From assembly GCA_016839705.1 (NCBI GenBank), contig JAEOTR010000012.1:1-54412 (forward strand): a stretch of DNA of 54,412 nucleotides, in the 5' to 3' direction. The notes under the pieces are model-generated. The model had not been told where the DNA came from. It worked only from the letters and a program-made list of their open reading frames with translations, and ran no database searches. The DNA comes from Promethearchaeota archaeon (GTDB lineage Archaea > Asgardarchaeota > Lokiarchaeia > Sigyniarchaeales > SOKP01). The position numbers and the translations under genes are program-made. Shown in pieces: positions 1 to 8,228 of this stretch; position 1 is the stretch's first letter; every line of letters begins with the position of its first letter.

Positions 1-1
1 G

Positions 2-169
2 AGTGATTTAGCTAAAATGGTTAATGTCCGGCGCGAAACGATCCTTTATATTGAAAAAGGAAAATATAATCCTTCTCTTGTTCTAGCTCATAAAATCTCA
101 AAAGCATTAAACTCTAAAATCGATGAGGTATTTCTCTTTGCAGATGATCAAGACACTAATCCTATTTAA
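2..169 (+). CDS. XRE/Cro-C1 family HTH transcriptional regulator (3' part, truncated by window edge)
   Basis: Manual translation of frame +2: SDLAKMVNVRRETILYIEKGKYNPSLVLAHKISKALNSKIDEVFLF..., a typical XRE HTH (LA..V.V.R.TI..IE.G.Y.PSL.LA..I). TAA at 167-169. Confidence 0.85.
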   Translation, partial: SDLAKMVNVRRETILYIEKGKYNPSLVLAHKISKALNSKIDEVFLFADDQDTNPI

Positions 170-191
170 TCTTTTTTTTTATTTTTTTTTT
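170..191 (+). terminator. Archaeal poly-T terminator
   Basis: Two long T runs immediately after the XRE stop codon. Confidence 0.5.
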
Positions 192-227
192 AGATTAAAA
201 TTAAAGCTCTAAGAAATTATTAGATGA

Positions 228-434
228 TTATAAAATACCATTGATCGAACCTGAGAACAAGATTCGGGTAACCGTTATTGTAATACCCAAATCATTTTCT
301 TTCGATTTTGCTCTAACATATTCCTTTATTTTAGTACGCAATTCTTCTTCATGATATGAAATATGAGGAGTGGCAGCAATAATATTTTCAAATATTGACC
401 ACACCAATTCTGGTGCCAACTTTTCAAGTACCAT
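228..434 (-). pseudogene. pepD: N-terminal fragment of aminoacyl-histidine dipeptidase (PepD, M20 family)
   Basis: LEKLAPELVWSIFENIIAATPHISYHEEEL resembles the PepD N-terminus (L.P..LW..F..I..IPHPSYHEE.L), but the ORF ends after 68 aa against about 480 aa for PepD. Confidence 0.6.
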
Positions 435-524
435 ATTTATCGATTTTTTTGGTTTTTATGTTTTAAATATTCCCTAATTATTAATCACGCGATTATGCTC
501 TAGACGCGATTATTGTTGATTCTT

Positions 525-1136
525 CTATGGTCGCCAATGTTCAATTTCTACAGACGGATTTTCTTTTATCCATTGCTGAAATTCATAAGAGGTTTCTATA
601 CCATCCCGCAGTACTGCTTTATATACGTCTCTCCTTCGAACTTCTAATTCAGGAGGTATATTCGCTTTGATTTCAAGGATATGATGTCGGGTTTCCAGAG
701 TAAGCGCCCTTTCCATTGCTCTTGCGAATTTATCTGCTACCCCTGCATGAGGATGGTAATGAGAAAGCATCCAGTTATCAATGCTCCACGCAACACTTTT
801 TTCGTCTACATAATCAATTCGCCAATATAATCCTTCATGTATTGTTTTAAGCTCGTTTGAATATCGAACCTTCTTCACACCTGGTAATAGTGCAAATTTT
901 TGTATAACTTCGAAACCCGCTTTTATGTCCGATCTTTCAGCATAAATTTCCAGATCAATATTGGGTGTTGTCATGAGTCCAAATCGAACCGAACCGACTA
1001 GTATTGGTTTGCCCACTTGTTCCCATTTCGTTAACAATCCGATCTCTTCGATTACACCTAACGCCTGACGCTGAAGCTCCTCGGCCTTTTCAAGCCGAGC
1101 TTTTTCCATAGAACTTGCTTTAGGTTCTTTTTTCAT
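525..1136 (-). CDS. Hypothetical protein, nucleotidyltransferase-like fold
   Basis: 203-aa ORF with LVGS..FGLM...NIDLEI (GS...DxD-like) motif. Visibly more GC-rich than its surroundings. Confidence 0.55.
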   Translation of the reverse strand: MKKEPKASSMEKARLEKAEELQRQALGVIEEIGLLTKWEQVGKPILVGSVRFGLMTTPNIDLEIYAERSDIKAGFEVIQKFALLPGVKKVRYSNELKTIHEGLYWRIDYVDEKSVAWSIDNWMLSHYHPHAGVADKFARAMERALTLETRHHILEIKANIPPELEVRRRDVYKAVLRDGIETSYEFQQWIKENPSVEIEHWRP

Positions 1137-1301
1137 CTTATGTACCTTCTTGTGTAATTCTCGCTACTGAAGAATTGCTTAGCAATATCTTTTTGATAAT
1201 CTTCCTTACTTCTTTAACAAAATCCTTCATAATTGGACTAAGTTTTTATTATAAAAATACTTAATACATATTTTAAAACAAAATATATGAGGTAAAAAAA
1301 C

Positions 1302-1505
1302 ATTCCAGTTGTTCATGTACATAAGTGGAAAGGGATTTCGGAGGAAAAAGTAAAAGAACTAATTTCGGGAATAACGAAAGTGTTTATTGATATGGGTATC
1401 CCTGCTCGAGCGGTGGAAGTTCTTGTTCATGAAATTCCTAAAAGTCATTGGGGAATAGAAGGCAAACCAGCTACTGAATCGCTCCCTGATGTACAACCAC
1501 CTTGA
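1302..1505 (+). CDS. 4-oxalocrotonate tautomerase family protein (non-canonical ATT start; missed by the ORF track)
   Basis: Manual translation (M)PVVHVHKWKGISEEKVKELISGITKVFIDMGIPARAVEVLVHEIPKSHWGIEGKPA.... Shows catalytic Pro1 and the W-G-I-x-G motif. GAGGT SD at 1289-1293, in-frame TAA at 1293-1295. Confidence 0.85.
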   Translation: MPVVHVHKWKGISEEKVKELISGITKVFIDMGIPARAVEVLVHEIPKSHWGIEGKPATESLPDVQPP

Positions 1506-1665
1506 TCATTAAATTAGATCTAAAATTTTATTTTCATTTTTTATTTGGTTCTTATAAAAATTAAATCAATAAATGAATGAAAAGGTATGTCAGACATATT
1601 TCCAGAAGAACTCCTAATGGAGGATTAGAAGAAGAGTTTAATAAGATCGCATAATACTTTTTATC

Positions 1666-2349
1666 ATGAGAGATAAAGGGAAAGAAGTGTCAAAAGGGAA
1701 GTTTATTGGTATAGTAACCTTTTCAACGTTCTTGCTTGGATTAGGAATGTTCATACCCGCTAATGATTTTCTATGGATTGAGGCTTGGATTGTACTCATT
1801 TTATTTTACGTGTTTTTTATAAATAATATCTTATATTTCAGCAAACACGACCCCGATTTAATCCAGAAACGCTCCAAGCCAGAATTTAAAGAAAAATGGG
1901 ATAAAATCGTGACTTTTTTTACATCAATTGGATTCATTCCGATTTTCTTCGTTCCCGGCTTAGATAGACAATTTGGATGGTCAAACGTAACCATCGTAGT
2001 TGAAATAATTGGCTTTATAGCGTTTAATATAGGTGTCATTATTATTTTCTTAACAATGAAGGAGAATTCCTTTTTATCGAAGGCAGTGGAAATCCAAGAA
2101 GGACATACAGTTATTACCACGGGTCCTTATAAAATTGTTCGCCATCCCATGTATCTAGGTCTAATAATTTTTATGACGGGGTGGTGCTTAGCCCTCGGAT
2201 CGCTGTTTTCACTCATATTCGTGGCGTTTATAGTAATAGGTTTAATCTTTCGCATTGTATTTGAAGATAAAATGCTTCATGAAGAACTTGAAGGGTATAA
2301 AGAGTATGCTCAAAAAACTAAGAAGAAGTTAATACCCTTTATATGGTAA
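1666..2349 (+). CDS. Isoprenylcysteine carboxyl methyltransferase (ICMT/Ste14) family membrane protein
   Basis: Several TM segments and the VITTGPYKIVRHPMY...RI..ED motif. Confidence 0.85.
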   Translation: MRDKGKEVSKGKFIGIVTFSTFLLGLGMFIPANDFLWIEAWIVLILFYVFFINNILYFSKHDPDLIQKRSKPEFKEKWDKIVTFFTSIGFIPIFFVPGLDRQFGWSNVTIVVEIIGFIAFNIGVIIIFLTMKENSFLSKAVEIQEGHTVITTGPYKIVRHPMYLGLIIFMTGWCLALGSLFSLIFVAFIVIGLIFRIVFEDKMLHEELEGYKEYAQKTKKKLIPFIW

Positions 2350-2633
2350 AAAGCATCTATTTTTATTTTTTTATGTAAGCCGATCTCCCCGTGTGTCAGT
2401 TCTTTATTTCTCGACAAAAAATATTTAGATGAAGAAATCATTGTAGAGGTATAGAAAAAAAGATATTCAAAACACTTTTATTTATAGAATAAATTAAAAT
2501 GAGAAATTAGTCGTACTAATATTAATAAAATCAAATTTCTATTAATAATTTAAACATTATAAAACTATTTATCAAAAATTTCATAAATTTACTATGGGAT
2601 TTGTGCTTAAATCATACGGGGGGAGATTAGCTA

Positions 2634-3716
2634 ATAATAATTTGCAATAACTGTGGGACAACTAATAATGAGAAAATTACCCGTATCTGTAGAACATGTG
2701 GGGCCTTGCTCCCAATCTCCACTAAAACTTCTAGAACTAAAAAACCAAAAACCAGTAAAGAAAAAAAATCAACAACGGTTTCCACCACCCAAACAATAGA
2801 AGAAGCTACTAAACAAAATCAAGGTCAAGCAAACTTAGAATTACAAGAAATACCAATAGAAGAAGAGAAAAAAAATGATTTTTCAAATCTTGAAGAAATT
2901 CCTTTAGAAGCTAATGAGGGTATGGAATCTGATTTCCTTGTCGAAATACCTTCTGAGACAGAAGATGACTCAGAAGAAGAAAAAAATCCGATTTTACAAG
3001 AGATAACACCAAAACCATTTCAAAGTACAATATTCTCCCCTAAAAAAGAATTAAATACTCTTTTGCCAAAATCTAAAGATACTATCTCTGATGCATTCAC
3101 AAAACTTAAAAAATCTGTTCTTGAGATTGAAATTAAGAAGCCTAAACCTTCCCCAGCTCCATTACCCCAAAAAACTGTAGACTCTGATGATGCTGTTATA
3201 AAACAGAAGAAATTAGAGAAAGATATGTCTGAAGTCCTTGGTTTCTTATCTAAAAAAATAACTGTAAAGAAAATAGAAACAAAAGAACCAAAATCAACCT
3301 CTACAAAAGAATCAGAGAAAAAATTACCACCATCTTCAATGAATGAGATTTTGAAAGAATTAATAACATTAGATTCGAGAATTGAGGCTTCAGCAATAAT
3401 AAAGACAGATGGGACTATGCTTGCTTCAGCGGTTTCAAGCAGAATATCTGAAACCTTATTTGGTACAATTGGGATTAATCTTTCAACGATAAGTTCGGAT
3501 ATCATTGATGGTTTAAGTGCTGGGACTTTAAAATCGATATCCTTGAAAGGTACAGAGGGAATTTTAGACTTGGCATTTCTTGATCTAGAAAATTCAAGTC
3601 TAAAAGATATGATCCTTATCTTGTTTTCACAACCTCAAGTAAAGAGTGGTATTATTTCTATTGCAATCAATCTCATTAAAAAACAAGTGAAACATTATTT
3701 AGGATTAGAAAAATAA
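2634..3716 (+). CDS. Zinc-ribbon + low-complexity linker + C-terminal roadblock/LAMTOR-like domain protein
   Basis: The frame extends upstream of TTG 2706 to (M)IICNNCGTTNNEKITRICRTCGALLP (CxxC...CxxC), bounded by TAG 2628-2630 and preceded by a GGGGGAG SD. The C-terminus MNEILKELITLDSRIEASAIIKTDGTMLAS is roadblock-like. Confidence 0.75.
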   Translation: MIICNNCGTTNNEKITRICRTCGALLPISTKTSRTKKPKTSKEKKSTTVSTTQTIEEATKQNQGQANLELQEIPIEEEKKNDFSNLEEIPLEANEGMESDFLVEIPSETEDDSEEEKNPILQEITPKPFQSTIFSPKKELNTLLPKSKDTISDAFTKLKKSVLEIEIKKPKPSPAPLPQKTVDSDDAVIKQKKLEKDMSEVLGFLSKKITVKKIETKEPKSTSTKESEKKLPPSSMNEILKELITLDSRIEASAIIKTDGTMLASAVSSRISETLFGTIGINLSTISSDIIDGLSAGTLKSISLKGTEGILDLAFLDLENSSLKDMILILFSQPQVKSGIISIAINLIKKQVKHYLGLEK

Positions 3717-3731
3717 CTTCTTAAGTGAACT

Positions 3732-4526
3732 TCACCCTTTTTTATGTAAAATAACACTTTCTACTTGAATAGTCTTAAAATATTGTAGGTTATTTGGTAA
3801 TTCATGCAAAAAAGCATTTAACTCATAAATCGAAACAAGTGGTACTTGATTATCATTTAATTTAATGCTATTATCTTCAAGAGTAACCATAATAGGTATT
3901 AAATTAAGTGGTAAGTGTTTTTTAAGATTAGCGTCTTCACCTAAAATCTCTTTTACAAGCTTTGCGAAAACCACTGCATTTTTTTTAAGTGTTATCATTC
4001 GTTGATATTGCTTGGTGGCTGCTTTATTTAATAAACCATATGTATCTTTACGTTTCCATTGTTTTGCATCGATAATTAAAAGATATTTATAATATATTCC
4101 AATAACATCGATTTCATATCTTTTCTGGGAATTTTCTGATCTTGACTTGGATTCGTCTGAAAATCTGAAGTTCGTTATAGAACGATAATTGTTTCTAGAT
4201 AAAATCTCTTTTATCAATGTTTCAAAACCACTATAATCTAAAATTTCAGAGAGGTGTTTAATGTCAACTTGTAAAAATTTAATGCAATCGATGATAAATA
4301 ATATTTTATTAATTACAACATAGTAAATATAGTTCCCTTTTTTAATTGAGATAAATTCAAACTTTCCTAAGAAATCTATAAGCTCAGATTTCCCAAAATT
4401 CTTAAAAGAGGTAATCTTTGGGATTTCACACCAGGTTTCAATAATTTTTTTATCAGTTTCCTGTAGGATGCTATAAATGTTGCTAAAAAAACGTTGTAAT
4501 GAAGAAAACGAGCATGACTTTGACAT
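3732..4526 (-). CDS. PD-(D/E)xK restriction endonuclease-like (Mrr/NERD-like) protein
   Basis: FETLIKEIL...RYEIDVIG...LIIDAKQW motif. Confidence 0.7.
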   Translation of the reverse strand: MSKSCSFSSLQRFFSNIYSILQETDKKIIETWCEIPKITSFKNFGKSELIDFLGKFEFISIKKGNYIYYVVINKILFIIDCIKFLQVDIKHLSEILDYSGFETLIKEILSRNNYRSITNFRFSDESKSRSENSQKRYEIDVIGIYYKYLLIIDAKQWKRKDTYGLLNKAATKQYQRMITLKKNAVVFAKLVKEILGEDANLKKHLPLNLIPIMVTLEDNSIKLNDNQVPLVSIYELNAFLHELPNNLQYFKTIQVESVILHKKG

Positions 4527-4762
4527 ATAATAATATCTATTCTTTTTTTTAAAATAACATAAAGAGAGTCAAGAAATTCTATAATAAGTTATAATCTCAA
4601 ACCAAGTGCGTCTTACGAATAATTTTAGAGTTTGAGTACTATTATGTAAAAATTTTATTAATATCTAATTTAATCCATTAATAGTTTTTTTTTTTAAAGG
4701 TTTTTGAATATAATAATTCAGAAGTAAATGTTAAAAACAAAATAAAAACTAACATCGTAACC

Positions 4763-6568
4763 ATGGACTTATTACCAAAAGTTTTTAGAACCGAAGGAGA
4801 TTTAACAGATTTTGACCCGTCGAGAATTTTTGATAGTATTGTAAAAGAGACAAGGTTAAGTGAAGATAAAGCTAAAATGATCACTGAGCTTGTAGTAAGA
4901 AGAATTATTAGTTCAGGGATTAAATTTTTGTCTGGACCCCATATAAGAGAAATTGTGTGCTCAATACTTTCTGAACAGCATTTTGAGGATGAGCGTAAGT
5001 TATACACTAGAATTGGAATGCCCTTAATGGATTACGAAGAAATTCTTGAAAAGGGTTTAGAAGAGCACCCAAAAATGATGATGAATCCCGAAAAGATACA
5101 TAATTGGTCTTCAAATCGAATCTCTGAAGAATATACTCACTTAAGAATTCTTACCAATGAAGAATCTAAAGCTCATTTATATGGGGATATCCATATTCAT
5201 AAATTGCGATATTTTGATTTAAGACCATTATCCCAAATCTGGGATCCTCGTATGATATTAGAAAATGGTTCACCTCCTTTAAAAAATTATATACCGTGCT
5301 GCAACCTAAATCCCGCAAAAAACTTGAGGGAAGCTTGTGATCATTTAATTAAATGGCTGGTATTAACTCAAAATGAAATATGTGGAAACCAAGGATATAA
5401 TCATATAATAACCTATTTAGCCCCTTATGTTAAAGAATTGAATGATCCAGATTTAAATCTTATAATCAAGAATTTCATTTATGAAATGAATTATTTCTCA
5501 GCTATAACTGGTCGAAAAATTGCTCCAACAACTATTTTAACACACCCTACAGTTGATAAATCGTTATTAAAAGTTCCAGCTATTGGACCCTATGGAAAAA
5601 TCGAAGGTTGTTATGAACAGTTTTATGATGAATGTTTGAAACTATTTAACAGCTTTACATATAACTTTAAAGAGGGTGATCATAATAAAAATCCATTTTA
5701 TACACCAAAACACGAAGTGTATATTAGTGAATCATTGCTAAAAGATTATAGTAGTGCGTATCAAAAAATCTGGGATGAAACATTCACGATGAGAACTCCT
5801 ATTTTATCAAATTCAGATATCCATGGTTTTGATCATGAATGGGATAAAGCTATTTCTCCAACTACTTATAATAATCAAGGTATGCTTCAAGAGGTGTGTA
5901 TGAACCTTCCTCGTTTTGCTTATCTAAGCAAGGATGAAGAAAATTTCATAGAGATAATTAAAGCAAAAATCAATTTATCTTCTAAGATCCTACTAAAAAA
6001 ATATGATATTATAAGAAGAAGATTAAAATCAAATCACTTACCGCTATTTGGGGGTATAATAAAGAATCAAGATATCTATAATTTAAAAAATCAATGCTTA
6101 TCAATAAGTTTTATAGGTTTAAATGAAGCTGTAAAATCTTTAATAGATTATGAACTACATGAGCATTTGGATGCGTTCAATCTTGGTAAAAAGACCCTAC
6201 TTGAGATGAATAAAGCCTGTAAAGAACTATCTAAAAAACATAATAAAAATTTTGTATTAAGTGAAAATATCTCAAAAAAATCACCTTTTCGATTCGCAAA
6301 TTTGGATCTAAAGCATTTTCCTGAAAAAGCGATACCCCAAATCAAGGGAGAAATGCACTATTATACAAATTCTGCACATTTCAGAGAAAAAGCTGAAGTT
6401 AATGTAATTAAACAAGTTGAAAGTCAAGAAATTTATCATGATTATCTTGATAATGGAGCGATTGAATATATTTCTTTAACTGAATTAAAAACAAGCAATC
6501 TAAATTTGGATGACTTTGTTAAACGCATATTTCTACCTTCTAAATTAGTAAGGGTAAAATTTTTTTAA
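4763..6568 (+). CDS. ATP-cone + class III ribonucleotide reductase (NrdD)-like protein, apparently catalytically degenerate
   Basis: N-terminal ATP cone (V.R..G....FDPSRI), AHLYGDIHIH, NLPR, SISFIGLNEAV, YYTNS and H....NG motifs. No C-terminal zinc site or glycyl-radical RxxGY motif. Confidence 0.8.
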   Translation: MDLLPKVFRTEGDLTDFDPSRIFDSIVKETRLSEDKAKMITELVVRRIISSGIKFLSGPHIREIVCSILSEQHFEDERKLYTRIGMPLMDYEEILEKGLEEHPKMMMNPEKIHNWSSNRISEEYTHLRILTNEESKAHLYGDIHIHKLRYFDLRPLSQIWDPRMILENGSPPLKNYIPCCNLNPAKNLREACDHLIKWLVLTQNEICGNQGYNHIITYLAPYVKELNDPDLNLIIKNFIYEMNYFSAITGRKIAPTTILTHPTVDKSLLKVPAIGPYGKIEGCYEQFYDECLKLFNSFTYNFKEGDHNKNPFYTPKHEVYISESLLKDYSSAYQKIWDETFTMRTPILSNSDIHGFDHEWDKAISPTTYNNQGMLQEVCMNLPRFAYLSKDEENFIEIIKAKINLSSKILLKKYDIIRRRLKSNHLPLFGGIIKNQDIYNLKNQCLSISFIGLNEAVKSLIDYELHEHLDAFNLGKKTLLEMNKACKELSKKHNKNFVLSENISKKSPFRFANLDLKHFPEKAIPQIKGEMHYYTNSAHFREKAEVNVIKQVESQEIYHDYLDNGAIEYISLTELKTSNLNLDDFVKRIFLPSKLVRVKFF

Positions 6569-6714
6569 TAAATTAATCCGATCTTTCAGTATTTCTGGGA
6601 GAAAAGTAATGATTTAATAATAATTGTTATTTTGGATCTATTAAAGTGATATATAGATTTTATTAGATTATAAGTTAAGGAAGATAATAAAATACTATAA
6701 GAAAACTTATTTTA

Positions 6715-8196
6715 GTGTTAGGGAATACATTGACAAAAACCGACTCAAAATCGAATAAGAAAAAAATCAATGGAAACAATATAATTGAGGAAAGACCCAA
6801 TCTAATAAAAGCGGTTGTATTAAGTATATTTGATGATAAAGGTCCAACACCTAAAATCGTATGGCCTGCCGAATTAGAAGAAAAATCAGGACTTCTAATA
6901 GCCATGAAGACTATCAGCTTACTTATGGGGGATTCTGTGTATCAAGATTCTCAAGGCTCGGATATAGGTGTTAACTATTTTGGAATTCTTCCTTTCCCTG
7001 ATCTACAATTAAACGGTTTAACATATTTCTTTCTTATTCCTGATGAAGAGGCTCGCGGTCAAGCATTAGCAGCAACAATTACTGTATTAATTGATGAAGA
7101 AGATAAAGTTTTTTTTTATGAGAATATGAAATATTTAAGAATCATTATCGATAAAGCAGCAACAAAAATTCAAGATGTCAAAGAAACTAACGATCAACAG
7201 AGAATTATGGATGATATCCGGGAGGAGCTGATTGAATTCACTAAGGAATTAAAAGATCCATTTTCACCCAAAAGGCAAATTAAAATTTTGTTGACTGGTT
7301 TAGATAAAGCTGGAAAATCAAGTTTTTTGTTTGGAATCCGAAGGAAGTATTCAGAGATTATTAAAGCATTACCTACTAAAGGAGTTGAAAGAACAGAAGA
7401 GAATATTTTTGAAGAACAAAACTCATTAATCTCTTTATGGGATTTAGGGGGTCAAAAAAAATATTTAGAAAGGTTCTTTGAACAGAGTAAAGTCTATTTA
7501 TATAATGTTGATCTTATTTACTTCTTTATCGATATACAGGATGTAAACAGAATTGAAGAAGCATTAAATCTTTTCCGAAGAATTTCGGAACTATTAGTAG
7601 AATTGGATGAATTTCCACCCATAGTTATTTGTTTAAATAAATTTGATCCTGACTTGAAAGGTTCTAATGAAATTTTTAAAAATTTAGAACTTATAGCTGA
7701 TGAAATAGAGAAGAGTTCGCGTAGTTTTTTAACTAAAATATTCCAAACGAGTATTTTCGACCATTGGAGTCTTATTACTGCATATTCCTATGGGCTCTCT
7801 CAGCTAAGCCCTAATCGGGAATTATTTAAAAATCAATTGAAGCAATTCGCTGAAAAAACCAATTCAGATGCAATTTTACTACTTAATGAAAACGGAATAA
7901 TATTATCTAATTTTTCAAAATCTGAAATTTCCGACAGAGTTTTCGAAATATCAGCACCACACTTTCAGACTTTATATAAAACATTTAAAGAATTCAAGTT
8001 ATTAAAACAAGATTTTCTAATATCCTCCGGAATTGCGGATGAGACTAAAAAGGTTGTTTTTAAAAAAATCCAAGTTGGAAAATATAGCTTATATTTACTA
8101 ATGTTTATTGAAAAGTCTCTTGAAATTCAAAAAATAGAAAAAAATCTGCCAGATTTCTCAAAGAACCTGGTAGAATTGATACACACCTATATATAA
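6715..8196 (+). CDS. Longin/uDENN (FLCN-like) domain + Rag-like small GTPase + roadblock domain fusion
   Basis: G1 GLDKAGKSS, G2 PTKG, G3 WDLGGQ, G4 NKFD and G5 TSIFD, followed by a RagA-like C-terminal domain. N-terminal SIFDDKGP and FFLIPDEEARG motifs. Confidence 0.85.
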   Translation: MLGNTLTKTDSKSNKKKINGNNIIEERPNLIKAVVLSIFDDKGPTPKIVWPAELEEKSGLLIAMKTISLLMGDSVYQDSQGSDIGVNYFGILPFPDLQLNGLTYFFLIPDEEARGQALAATITVLIDEEDKVFFYENMKYLRIIIDKAATKIQDVKETNDQQRIMDDIREELIEFTKELKDPFSPKRQIKILLTGLDKAGKSSFLFGIRRKYSEIIKALPTKGVERTEENIFEEQNSLISLWDLGGQKKYLERFFEQSKVYLYNVDLIYFFIDIQDVNRIEEALNLFRRISELLVELDEFPPIVICLNKFDPDLKGSNEIFKNLELIADEIEKSSRSFLTKIFQTSIFDHWSLITAYSYGLSQLSPNRELFKNQLKQFAEKTNSDAILLLNENGIILSNFSKSEISDRVFEISAPHFQTLYKTFKEFKLLKQDFLISSGIADETKKVVFKKIQVGKYSLYLLMFIEKSLEIQKIEKNLPDFSKNLVELIHTYI

Positions 8197-8228
8197 TAAA
8201 AAAAAAGTTTAATACATTTTGAAATTAT

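Noticed and set aside
487-513. Direct repeat ACGCGATTAT x2
   Set aside because: Only two 10-bp copies with no element between them, which is insufficient for a target-site duplication or array.
3732-4526. Restriction-modification or defence island around the PD-(D/E)xK nuclease
   Set aside because: There is no adjacent DNA methyltransferase or other defence gene, so it appears to be a solitary nuclease-fold gene.
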